From: Octopus vulgaris
Taxonomy: Eukaryota
Reading direction: 5' to 3'
DNA length: 64,000 nucleotides
Assembly: GCA_951406725.2 (NCBI GenBank)
Contig: OX597814.1
Span: forward strand, 187,302,001-187,366,000
The notes under the pieces were generated by a model. That model saw nothing but the letters and a program-made list of their open reading frames with translations, made no database searches and was not told the origin of the DNA. A program made the translations under genes and the position numbers. This document shows positions 1 to 13,200 of the stretch, piece after piece. Each line of letters begins with the position of its first letter. The first letter of the stretch is position 1.

Positions 1-239
1 GACTCAGCTGAGTAGTTTTGCAAATTCTTTTATTGGCATAAATTTTAAGGTTGGATTGCATTAGTCACATGTCCTTCATAATGTTATCAATACAATATTG
101 AAATTGTAGTCTTTGTAGCACAAGTGTTTTCTGACAGGTATACTGACACAAATAGCATAATGTCCTTCTTAACTGAAACCTCTATTAGCACAATGAAAAT
201 ATGCCTATCAAATAATTTTTTCAAATAACAAAAAAACGT

Positions 240-505
240 TTCTATATGTGTATGTGTGTGTATATATATATATATAATAACAAAATAATAAATAAGACAT
301 ATGCATATAGATGTAGGCATGTACATATATGTATGTATGTATATATGCATATGCTTATATATTATTTTGTTATATGATTGAACGCCACGCATCCACTTCC
401 AAGTATATATACACACACACAGACTCATATACATGCAATATACTTGTATACACATCTTCACATAAATGCATGTGTGTGTGCGCGCACAAGCACACATACA
501 TACAA
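240..505. repeat. Degenerate TA/CA/TG low-complexity tract
   Basis: Alternating purine-pyrimidine microsatellites; explains ORFs 87..497 and 329..526. Confidence 0.85.
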
Positions 506-1393
506 ATAAATAAATACAGTCATTAATAAATACAGCTGAATAGGAATGTTATGAAATAATATAGTTTATACAGAGAAAGAATAAGGAAAACTGTCACCAT
601 GAGGCACAGGTGTTCATAAAGCTTAGTTCTTCTGAGTGCTGCAGTGAAAAATGTGTTCTTTCTCGCTTCTAATAATATACACTTATCGGTCCCACCCCAC
701 CATCCAGCCCACCCACTCTCTTATGCAAGCATAACAGATTAATTTTGATTACAACCTGAATCCTCAATTCATTCAAAATAATGATAATAAAAAATTTGTA
801 CACACACACACACTCATAGAGTCTACCTATTATGCATAAATACATTGCATTTTTTTGCTGGCAAAGACAAGGAGTGGGAAAATGCAAATTAATTCTCTCA
901 ACAATATAAACCACATTACTGTCCTGTTTTCCGAGGCAAATAGTAATAGTATGAAGGTTATTTACTACTATACAATAAGACAAATTATATATACATTTTC
1001 CCAACTAACTCAGTAGTTAGTAATTATCAGAAATGAATGAAATAAGCATATTTTGAAATATTTCCAATCAAAAGAAGGATAGCAATTAAAGTTAATTGTA
1101 AAAATTAAGTAAATCATCTTTTTCTTCTTTTTTTTTAAAAATTTAATTACTCCACTAGGTCTGTTTTAATGTCAATTAATCTTTCTCTTAAATGATATTA
1201 AAATACACTTTATTATTTTTTTAAAGGGAAACAAGTGCCATCAACTGTCACCAAAATCACAGGTGACCAATTAATGAGAATAGGTTAAATAAAAGTTAAT
1301 TAAAGTTCCCAATATTTGTTGTTGATTAAAATAATGATGAACAACCTGAAAAAAAAAATCTAAAACCTTACCAAGTTTTACTTTATTATTAGG

Positions 1394-1397
<4 letters not shown>

Positions 1398-1460
<63 letters not shown>
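1398..1460. repeat. (GA)n microsatellite
   Basis: About 31 perfect GA units. Confidence 0.98.
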
Positions 1461-1462
<2 letters not shown>

Positions 1463-2255
1463 AATTATTTAAGCAGGCTTCCAAAGATCCCAGCCTTGAT
1501 CCTTTGGGGAGTATCCTTCAGACTACCATCACTGCCCACTGCTCTTGCAATTACTTAGTCTGCCTACAACTATTACTACTGCTACTACAATAATTTTTTG
1601 TTTGTTTGGTTATCTATCCAATGTAGTTTTTCAGAAGGATTATAACGTGCATAGACTACAAAGAGACATTTAGTGCAATATAAAAGCAAATCACTTCCGT
1701 GTGCATAACTATACACAGCAGTCATTCAAACCAACATGGAGAAAGACTGAGTTGAAATACAGTGAGTAGTCAGAATATGATTGAAGTTTAAACATGATGT
1801 TGATGCATGTAAGAATAAGGATTTTTAACATGGTCTAAGTAATAACTTGTTGGGAAAAGACAATCCAGTGAAGGAACATGATGAAATGATTTTGACTGAA
1901 AACAGGTGTGGGACTAAAATTACATACAAGTTCTCCTTTCTTTAGTACATTCATGTTGGTTGTCTAACCAGATAAAAGCAAAGTTGACTTTGGCAAGGTT
2001 TGAACTCAAAACCATCTTTCTCATTCTTTCTTTCTGATGCTTAAATATATAACACTAACTTGTACATGCACCCTAAAAAATCACCTCATTCTTTTGTAGC
2101 TTTCAGTCACTGGACTGGGTCATGCTAGAGCATTGCTTTTCCAGAGTTTTTAATCAATCACTTTGTTCCTTAGTACCTATTTCAGTCTGGTACATAAATA
2201 ACTGGACAAATTACCACATTTTATGAAAAAAGATTTATCTCAACACACAGTTTTA

Positions 2256-2287
<32 letters not shown>

Positions 2288-3208
2288 GCCTTCATATAGT
2301 TTACATCTAGCAAGATTCACTTACAAGACATTTTTGACTGATTTGCAAACCATTCTGTTTAGATTTTGGTTAATTAGCTGCCTTTTTTATTTCTTGCTAC
2401 TTTTATTTTTTTCTAGGTCTGGTATTAAACGATATACACAATTCTTTCTCCTTCCTAGCTGAAATGCTTGTAGCAACTCGTCAACACTTTAAATGGAATT
2501 CTACATACAAAATCTCAACAAACTTATCTACCAGTCATCGCTTTTCTGTCTGAATCAAAAAATATAGGCAGATATTGATTATTAAAGCAAAATAACTGCT
2601 TTCATCATATCTCTCAGTTTTTATTTTAATAAAAGAAAAAAGCCAAAAAAAAAAAAGAAAATGCAATGTTCCATTCTTTAACCATAAAACTCTGATCTTA
2701 TGAAATTACTTACTTCCAATTAAGTAAAGAAACATTGCTTATGATGCAGCAGTGGCTTTTAGAGGAATGAATATTTGAGGACACTGGCTTGTTCTACTTC
2801 ACAGGATTGAATACATAAAAAGAGTAAACAAGTGCTTGAATCAAGTTATTAACTATTGCTTTTTATAGATGTTTAGACGCTCCTCTTATCTATTCTGCTA
2901 AGTTTTCTAAACATGTAGAAAGCAACTGCATTCCTTTGGAACAGACCAAACATAGCATATTAATTACGATTTAAGGAAGAGCATTTTTCTTCTCTTTTTT
3001 TTTGTTTAAGCAGAAGACATTAATTACAATATATGAAGTAAAAACTGCAAAGAAACCATCACAACATTTAACTCACAGTCTCTTACTTTCACTGATAGTC
3101 CTTCTGTAAATCTTTGCTAGAAACAACCTATGACCAGGCTTTTGATAAGCAAAAAACATTATCCTACACATACACATGCATTGTGCATGTGTAGACATGC
3201 ATTAAGAG

Positions 3209-3683
3209 CAACACACATTTTGCAGCAGACCTGTTGTTGACTCCTTGGACAACTTACCTTTTTACTGTGGTTGGTTGACCAATCCTCTTCCTTATGAAGG
3301 ATTAATTTTGTCAAGGGCAGTGTTGAATGCAGCCTCTCTGCTAGGTGATAAAACTCTTGAGATCCCAAACAACCAATAAAAAAAATTTGCAGTTCATATC
3401 TTGACACTGCTTGTGCATTGTACCTCCAACCAAACTTTTAAGGAATAAATAACCAAGTTCATCTAACAGTAAGCAGATACAACAGAGCAGTATAATTCAC
3501 TGCTGTCAACAGCAGCCCCACTTGAAGATTGACAAGAGTTTTATCACCTAGCAGAGAGGCTGCATTCAACACTGCCCTTGAGAAAATGAATCCTTCATAA
3601 GGAAGAGGATTGGTCAACCAACCACAGTAAAAAGGTAAGACGCCCAAGGTGTCAATGACATGTATGCTGCAAAATGCGTGTTG
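3209..3683. repeat. Long inverted repeat: arms 3209-3359 and 3533-3683, 173-nt spacer
   Basis: The arms are gap-free reverse complements. Inner 107 bp (3253-3359 vs 3533-3639) has 2 mismatches; outer 44 bp has 9. Confidence 0.95.
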
Positions 3684-5369
3684 TATGGAAATCTGTTTTT
3701 GTTTGTAAAGAGTATATATGTTATTTTCATTTTTTTTTTCAAAGCTAACAAACACTGAACAGTCTTTTAAAGTCTGACTTTTATCAGCCAGTTTTCTTTA
3801 AGAGCGGAATATATTACTTAACAGTAGTGCTGGCTATTTTCAGTTAAGTTGACTAGGACAAACAATGTTGTGTATCTTGTTTATATGCAAACAAAATGAA
3901 CTTGGGTTTGTAATCCAACATCTTAATCATTCAATTATTCTACACATATATTTGAATACAGTCTATATGTTACTTTCTATAAGTCTATAAAAAGTCTGTA
4001 CTAATTCTTAACTGCAGCATGATTTTTTTTAAACTTTACTTTTTAATAACATTTCTATCCCTGGGATTCTAAAGCAGAGAGATCATCTGTTCTTCTGAAG
4101 CAAAAACAAACTACAACTTCAATAATAATAAACCTTACAGTATGTACAGCAACCATCAAAAGACCAATAAAGTTTCATCTCAACATAGTATCAGATATTA
4201 TGCAATGGAGCAAGTTAAAATCTATTACTTGGTAGATGGCACATATTGAGAAAATTAAATAGAACCTCACCAGAATTGATTGATTAGAAACCATGGCATA
4301 CAACGAAATAAGGTCATGTATTTCAAAAGAAAACAACATGGCTATTTTGACAGCTCTTCAAAGATACTGACACTATCAAGATGAAATTATAGACAGTAAT
4401 TTTCTTACGTGCAAAGTAAAGATTTGACAACTGTGGCAGCCATGAAAGTGGTGTGTTACATCAAAGTTTTTCTGTTACTCACAGCCATTACAGACTAAAG
4501 AGTTTAGTCTACCCGCAGCAAAATGGATGCAGTTGTAAAGCTAAATAATCAGTACAACAACCAACTGTCCAGAAATACAGGTTTGATTCAGTTAAAATAT
4601 TTAATTAAATTTTTTTTTTTTTTTTTTTAAACCAGCAGTTGTTAGTTAATAAAATGTCTATTAAACAATGAGAAAAAGAGATGTTTGTAGAGTAAGCATT
4701 GTTTGATGTCAAGAACATTTCTACTTGAAGGTGCTGGTGACAAACTCTTGATGCCGAAAACCCAGATGAAAATCTCAGTAACAATATTGTTAACCAACAT
4801 TGCAACTGATACTTTATTTTTATTGCTCAAATAGAATCAGCAGAGCCAACTGGCTTTTATTAGAAGAATCCATCAATGGGTCATTAGAGATTATGTGTTT
4901 CTTTTGAAGAGTTCATGAGAGAATTTAAGGATTGCAGCAGTGAACCCTACTATTCTACCATTCTCTGTTATAATTACTTATTGGACTGGGCAACAGAAAG
5001 ACAATTGTCTTTGTGGATTTTTGGCTGGTAAGGCCAGCATCCTAAAGAAGCAACCATTGGCGATTCTTAGAATGCAAACAACTTGATGAAAAAATATTCT
5101 CAAGATAAATTTTTAAATAAGAAGGGTGAGATGATTCATAAGCTTGATGGAATAAAGTATATTTGGTTTGTGAATTTAGAAAAATCAGAATAAAATTTGA
5201 GAAAAACTAAGAGGATTTGTTTTGAAAATTAAAGAACAGAATAAAGATAGGGGAGAGAAATGGTACTTTTTCATAGCTAATTTTAACATAAAATATATAA
5301 TCTTAGGGTTAACAAGTGTAAGAATGGGGGTAAAAAATAGACATTTTATAAGAAACAATGCAAAATTAC

Positions 5370-5636
5370 CTTGGGCGGTTGTAGTTTGCTGATTCCCTTC
5401 TATATGGCATAGTTTGTTGATTAAACGCTGCCTTTTGCATCTGACTGCCAGCAAAACTTTGTGGTTGTTGGGTATAATTTGGGGTAGACATAGTTGTGTT
5501 AGTGTAGCCAGGTGTGCTGTGAGTAAAAGGTCCACTTTGAGTGGTTTGAGTAACACCCCACACTGTAGTCACAACAGAGAGAGACTGAGGAGTTTGGCCA
5601 CCTTGGTTCCCTGTGGGCCATGCTGCATTAGGATCA
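5370..5636 (-). CDS. ZMIZ1: Next coding exon of the ZMIZ1-family gene
   Basis: tctttactttttag|T GAT CCT AAT...CGC CCA AG|gtaatt; 267 nt. Encodes DPNAAWPTGNQGGQTPQSLSVVTTVWGVTQTTQSGPF..., containing the ZMIZ hallmark SLSVVTTVWGVT. Phase matches the upstream exon (AA+T = Asn). Lies within ORF 5366..5674. Confidence 0.93.
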
Positions 5637-8600
5637 CTAAAAAGTAAAGAAATCGAATGCTTAAGAGTGTTCAAGAAAAAATATATATATCAGAAAAATA
5701 TTTAAGGGTGATGTGAGGCCTTTGAGATTTTATAGGCTCTTGGTTTTCCGTTGACAAATTTAAATTAAAGAAAAATAGAAACAGACGATTCCATTATAGA
5801 TGGAATAAATAGTATAGTTTCTAGGTTACAATTAGAAGAAATGACAAAAGAAAAAAAAGACATTTTTTTTTCCACTGACGGAAAACAAGAAAACGAGAGC
5901 TTTGAAGAATTCTTGAGTTAGAGTAAGTGGAATAATTTACAAAATTTAATCAATTCCTAAGAATATTAATTCTGAAAAGAGATAATACCACCAGAAGAAT
6001 CTTATATGCATTAGTGCATCCATGGAGAACAAAGAGAGAGAAGAGTGAAGAAAAGTAGGCATTACAAAGTCGCATAAATATCAAGAGGGAAAGCTTCAGC
6101 CAGAGTAATGCAACAGAACAATTTAAGGATAAAATTAAAAAGTGATAAAAGCTAAAAAAATCAAGCAAATCTTCATTCAGTAATTAGAGGATGGTGATGA
6201 CTATAATGTTGTCATTTGGATGTGTAAGTCGATATTTTTATATTTGATATGTAGGAAGGTAAGAATCAGAGTGTAATTTTATTAAAAAGGCATCTATTTT
6301 CTTTAGATATAATGTTTATTTGCAAATTTGTTTTGATTGCTTTTACCAATGAGAATATTGATTCACTTAAGTGGAAGAAATTAGTCCCACAAGTTCCATG
6401 AATATATGGATGGTCTCAAGAAAGACAGGTAACAAGTTGCAGTAACACCACATCAGTTCAATATAGGGAAGAATAAATTTTTTTAAATCCCATCAAATAG
6501 ACCCATTATTATGTGTGAAAGGTGATACAGAATCTATGACATTTGTGGTGGTATTTGCATGTTACATGTATGTTATAAAAATGCAGAGATGTATCAAAGA
6601 CAATATTTTTCCTATAGCTATAAAGATGATGAGAAGCAGAGATTAAACCTATTCTTTACTTACTGACAAGTGGATTATGTAACCCCTTGACTGGTTCTGA
6701 AAATCAACACCATAACTATTTCTTGGGTTGAAGGATAGAAAAAAGAAGTATAAAGGCAATACTTTTTCACTTCTATAAATAAATGTTTGTAGATTACAGC
6801 TGGTGAGATTATAAACACAAATTATGTTAGCCTTAAATAAAATGTTTTGAGGGTTATTTGAGAATTTTGTGACAAGATATTAAATGAGATATTAAATATT
6901 TTAAAGTTTTTCTGAACATGCCACTCATATAGCCATTTGGATAATTCTTAACAATATCTATTACATAAGAAAATATATCCACAATAGAATTTTCTCAAGA
7001 TTTCATTTGCAACGGGGAAAATGGCAGATATTTAGTTGAGGAAATAGAAACAAAACTGTATTATTGAGTTATAGATGGAATGCGTATGTGTGCACATGTA
7101 TCTACATATATACATACAAATGCTAAGTGTGAATAATCAAAATTCACAAGAAAATATATTCGATACTGATGTTAATGCTTGCTATTTTTTTTCCTATAAT
7201 CAATTGAATGGAAGAAATTGAAAGCCAAACTGACAATAATGGAGTTAAGTTGCTCTTATGTATAAAAATAGATTTAAACATGCATATACTTCTTTTAACA
7301 TGTTAGTGAAGGTTGAGAATAAGCAGTATTTGAAGAGAAATTAAACAAATGATTGACTGAATGAGTGTAAGATAGTGTTGTTAATAAAAGAAGGAAGCAT
7401 GAATGGAGATTGCATGTTAGTAGTAGTAAGAAGAACAGTGGTTCAAAATAGAAGACCTTAGAACAAAGCTGTTATGGCTGCCTGTTAAAATTTGGGACAA
7501 AAAGCAAGAAAAAGGTACGAAAATAATAACATGCTTTGAATAATGAATCACAATAAGTTGCTTGACCAAACAAGATCATTATTAGGGTTATCAGTTTTAA
7601 CAATTATATTTCTTTTTACTTGAACCATTAAGTTGAATTTGGCATTATAGATAAGTGAGATATGATCACAAAATCTGAAGTCTGTATCAAGACAACAACT
7701 GTAAGAAAAAGTTAGCCATTTTAATATTTGTGTGATCAAATGTCATACTTCACTTTTACAATAGATTGCAAGACGGTGAGAAATAGAAAGAGTAGCCAAA
7801 AGAAAACACATTCACAGAGACAGGCACAAACACATATCAGGTTAATGATTTAAAATTTCAGAGCTTCATTACCTGAGTTCCCATACAAGCTAAGAGTTAA
7901 CTATACACATATGCATATGACCATATACAACAACTCAGTTTCTTTATCTTCCTCATTTCCAGATGAAGAGTCTAAAACATGTCAGCTGAATTAATGAAGC
8001 ATGTTTAAGAACTTTTCTATGAATTAATTGGCACCAAAAGAGGCAATCATCAGTTTCTTCACATTCGGGATGTATATCCATTTCACCATGCAAGCAAGGG
8101 ATAAAAATGTATGCAGTAGAACTGAATGCCTTTCCAGTAGCCAACACTTATTGGTTTTCAGCCCATCTTCAAAATTACTGGGGCAAAGGACAATTTTTTG
8201 GACAGAGAATGCCATTATAATGTCATTGTTTTTTTTTCTGCTAAACATTTTCATGTGAGGGCATGGAAATTAAACAACCACAAACATATACACAAGCATT
8301 CAAACATACACATATATATATATATGATGGGCTTCCATATAGTTTCTGTTAACCGATTCCATTTACAAAGTATTGGTTGACTCAAGGCTGCAGTAGAAGA
8401 CACTTGCTCAAGGTACCACGCGGTGTGAAAGAACTAGAGATTATGTGGTAATGAATTGAACTCCATATTCAAACTAACATGCCTGCACCTAGATATATAT
8501 CAATCTTACTCAATCAATTATATTCCGACTCCCTACTGTAGCTTTATCCATTATCCAGTTTAAAGAAATGACAATACATTGGGGAAACTCCAGAGTGACA

Positions 8601-9007
8601 ACTTATTACACATATACATAAACACACAACAGGCTTCCGTGCAGTTTCCACATTGATCAGCCTGGAGCTATAGTAGACAACTGCCCAAGGTGCTGTGCAA
8701 TGGTACACAACCAGAAGTACTAGGTTGTGAAGAGTAGTTCATCACACAAAAATGCTTGCATTCACACCCTCAAGATTATATAAACACACACACACACACA
8801 CAAATAGAGCTGCTATCAGTGAGGGTTGACTATGTATCTGCATGTGTGTCAGCTTGGGCAAAATTTTTTATTATAGAAGACTAACATCCAAGTCTCTCTT
8901 CTCCACATCTCCAGTGTTGGTGAGCTTGGTGGGGTTTGAAATCAGAGCAACAGAGTCAAAACAAATATACAAAGCACTCTATTCATTGTTCTGATAAACC
9001 TGCTAAT

Positions 9008-9051
<44 letters not shown>

Positions 9052-9054
9052 ACA
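9008..9054. repeat. Compound (CT)n(CA)n microsatellite
   Basis: Seen directly. Confidence 0.95.
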
Positions 9055-10059
9055 GATGTATTAAATGAGCAAAAGTGGCAAAAAGTTAGAATTATATTTC
9101 AGAAGTACTTGGGACTGTTTAAAAAAAAGGCTAAGTATGTGCTCACTTGCACTGCTAAAAATAGCAGCCAAATGTCTCTGAAATCACATAGTCTCAAAAA
9201 AAGAACACATTCACTAATGTAGTCCTAAGTATACTACAGCTGAGAAAGATTTTTAAAAAAATCATGATGAAAACAAGCTACAGTGATCTCACACACACAC
9301 TAGTAAACACTGAAGCCAAGATAAAAGATAACTTCTTTCTTTTAACTTGAGGAGGTAAAACTGAGAAAAAATGAAGTGGATGAGAAGGATCATTCACCAA
9401 GTTTAGAGATGAAGAGTGAAAAAAAAATAGAGGGTGAGAACATTTGGTTAGAGTTCAAGAGGTCAATCTGATATTGACACTGACATGAACTACAGGAAGC
9501 TAGGAGAACAATGACTACCCTCAAAATCTTCATGAAAACTGGCTGGAAATATGTTAAAGGATTCATATCTTTTAAGAAGCAGGAAGGATAAAACAGGATA
9601 GATACATTAAATGTGTCAGAAAAATGATAAAATAACAATTTTATCATTCTATGTCACTACTGTCAATAATGGATTTCTTTATGATACTAAATTTTTGTTT
9701 CAAGTTCTTAGCTGTAGATAGGGTAAGAACTGATTTTTAAATTGAAATAAAAAGAGAAAATAATTGTCATTGTTAAAATTATCTCCCCATCAAACAATAA
9801 TATTGGCTGGAGTTTTACTTAAATTATTTTCCCACTTGACTTGTTTTTGGTCTTCCTATGAAGAACATAATTTCTTGTCCTGAGAAAAATGATCAGGCAA
9901 AAGCAAAAAGAAATACGTATCCTCTACATTACAGAGATATCTGTTTAGAATAAAACTGTGGTTTACACCCAGAGTATAACAACAGATTTTGACTAGAGAT
10001 TGCTGGAGCAATAAGCCAGCAGTTGTACAGGATACCAGGCTCAGTTCAGAGTGTAAGAC

Positions 10060-10242
10060 CAGTGCCCCACAACCTTTTTTCACTTGCTGCACACATATTC
10101 TTTTCAAAATTTGGCAGCACACCTGAACTAAAAATATAACAAAATATTGGAGAAAAAAATTATATTCAGGTTACACTGTGGCACACTGAGCATCGTCTCA
10201 TGGCACACCAGTGTGTCATGGTATACCAGTTGTTGAGCACTG
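10060..10242. mobile_element. hAT (Charlie-like) MITE
   Basis: Ends CAGTGCCCCACAAC / GTTGTTGAGCACTG; flanks GTGTA(A)GAC and GTGTAGAC (degenerate 8-bp TSD). Confidence 0.7.
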
Positions 10243-13200
10243 GTGTAGACTGCAGCTCAGGAGAGTGAAAAACTGATCTTTGTCTGAGATATGCTGGGTC
10301 AACCTGACACTAGAAGCAGAAGGAATTGAACATGAATTCAATTCTTATCCTCATTGCAAAAGGAGTAATGTTTTGTCTGTCTAAATATGGAGATTTATTG
10401 GCTACTTGAAGTATAGCAAGATCAGCATCAGATTCAGAGGAATATTCCATAATTCTGGAGCAGAAATTTACACTTTCAAAGTGTTAATTGCAACCAAAAT
10501 GTTTAGTGTTAACAAATTTAATGTAAAAACAAAACATTAAAAAACTTGTAATTATGTGGTAGTCAATGACTAATATTTTCATTATTCTGGTCAACACAGG
10601 AGACAAAACTGGGTACAATTTGGTCTAATCATGACTTCATCACTAAAGCATAACCTTTATCAAATCTGCCAAGAAAGTATCTCCCAGTAAATGTGCAATA
10701 TTGAGCATTATTTGGAGTAGGAAAATAGACTTGTTTGGAGAATAGACTAAATTAAAACAAATTGTTAGTTTTAGCATATTTAGTGCATGCAGTATTAAAA
10801 GGCTAATAGAAAAACATTGACATTAAGAAGGCACGAAAGTGTAAAAAGAAAAAAGAAAAAATCGAGTCTTTGAAACAAGAAAATTATAATTAAACAGTAC
10901 TATTTATTTCATGGCTACCAGAACTATCTAAGTTGGTGGTATCTACCTTATTAAAAAGTAAGTTAGTTTTCCATTTTTTTTTTCTCACAATTAGCTGGCA
11001 TTTCTAAAATGTTTACAATAGTTTAGGTTTTCTCAATAAACAAGAGCATTAAGAGCATAAATTCACTTGTAATTCTCTTCCAGTGTATGAAGATTCTATC
11101 ATTAAAAATAGAAAAGCTTGTCAGACAATTCTATCACATCTAAATACACTTCTATTATCAAGTCCAATGTTATGAAGACAAAACTGCTGAACATGCAGTC
11201 ATAAGATATTTGTTGTATAATCTCATCTTAATCAAACACTAAAAGTAAGAATAAATTTTAATTAAATAATGACTATTATCTCGGAATTATTAAAAAGTAA
11301 ACTGCAGACTCTCTTTTACACCTTAGTAGGTATGTTAAAAAAAAATCCTTGATGAAATAGCTATCACCTGTCTACCAATAAAATTTCACCCAATATTGAG
11401 AATATAATATTTTAAACAGAATATTTCACACTGTCAAACCAGTTGTACTTGCAAATATGCTTAATCAATATCACTAATCAATGAAACCAAATAATTGAGA
11501 ATAGCACTAAAACACTGATCATTATAATGAATAATATGAAAAAAAAAAAACTATGGTAAAAATAATTCCTTTGAAGAGGAGGGGGGGTAGACATCAAAGG
11601 TTGCAAAAAAAGGACCAAAGTAAACACTATCTGATGTTAATAACCTGAGTCAACTTCATAAAAGACAAGATTTAAAATAAGTTTGTCTCATAATTATTAT
11701 CAATCACTATGACTATTATAAAGATAGAAAGAAAAAAAAAGAAAACAACTTTAAAATAGCTATTTGCAATGTAATTGTACTGGCTCACTTGCATATTTTC
11801 CATTTCTTTTCAAATTCTAATGATGGAATAATAGTTATGGGCTGAATATATGGCTAAGAATGTTATAGTTGGCTCTTCACATAATAACACTGACAATAGA
11901 ACAAGCACAGAAGACAGCAAGAACAAAGTGATAAAACAGCAAGAAAAGGAAATTGATCTTTGTTAAACAAAGCCTGCTACACTAGACAGAAATATTTAGT
12001 AGTTTTCTGTCAGTAGCAACACAAACATATTTCTATTATGAACAGTGAGCAGTGGCTTTTGTATGTACTGCAACTAAAAGAACAATGATAACTGTATCTG
12101 AAGTTAAAAAGAGAACATATCTAAACCAATATCAAAGCATTTAAAAAAAAAAAAGAATTTCTTTTTCTCCCCAGAGCCCTTCAGAAAAGGATGTATTAAA
12201 TAATACAAAGACAATACACGACTGCGTTTCAAAAAGAAGAAATCTATCACAAGCAATACAAGATATTGAGTGTTCCAACCATGACCACTCCTTATTTCGA
12301 GTCGTCATATCATGGACTATATAAACCAATCTGTTCTTCCATTTTTAAAATGACTAGGTGAAATTTGACTGCTTTTCCAGCAGATCATATGACCACATAG
12401 AGACTTCCTTGTTGGCTTGATTTAGGCTGTTTTTGTTGTTATTTAAGTTGTTATTGTTTAGTCTCCAGGTCTGCTTCAAATAATCAAACATATGATCAAA
12501 AACACTCCAGTTGTGGCCATCCTATCTTTTATCTTTTTCTATAACTACATGATTTATGTTGTTTCATTTAAAGACAGTAAGTTGTAATTTGAAAGAGAAT
12601 TGGCTGCTGTTTCTAGGAGATAAAGTGATTGCTCAACAGCCACATTGTTGGCCTGATTTAGTTTTGATTAGTTGAGTGAAAAGGTTAACTTTAATAAACA
12701 AGGAACTGCTAAAACTTAAGACAAGCCATAATAGTGCTTAGTCACATTACTAATCTATTGTTTGACTGTTACCTGAGTTGAATCACAGATTAAAAGGTGT
12801 TGCCAACCTGACATATACATAGAGCTAGAACCTGACATAAATATGCATATACACATGATGTGTGCAAATAATCACACACACACACACACTCACACACATA
12901 CACACACAATGAATGAGAGAAAAAGTATATTAGCTAAGCTGGTTATTTTCAATGAAATTATTCATGCATACTGAGAAAGTTAAGCTCTGATAATTAACTA
13001 AAAAAAGAAAGAAGTGTGTCATCTTTCTGAGAATTAATTTGCTCCAGGTGAGCAGCAAGGTATCCAGAAGAACTTAAAATTAATAATTTTGTTTAGGGAG
13101 GGCAGAGTGAAATGGTTTTTACAGACCCCTTCAAACTGATGAGATTGATCTAGCCGATGCCTGTTGGTGGGAGACCACTAGGGTGGGTGGGGGATCATGA

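Noticed and set aside
1340-1362. Minus-strand poly-T + cag|gttgtt acceptor-like site
   Set aside because: The in-phase reading stops after about 15 codons with no ZMIZ similarity, and GTTGTT is a poor donor.
4150-5080. Plus-strand sequence with a decayed-coding look (similar impression at about 5900-7000 and 43100-43950)
   Set aside because: Stops in all frames and no motif I can identify; probably old TE or retrocopy relics that need BLASTX.
9856-10122. 88-aa minus-strand ORF with an acceptor-like start, a possible extra ZMIZ1 exon
   Set aside because: It starts inside a hAT MITE, shows no ZMIZ similarity, and the flanking exons already join in frame.
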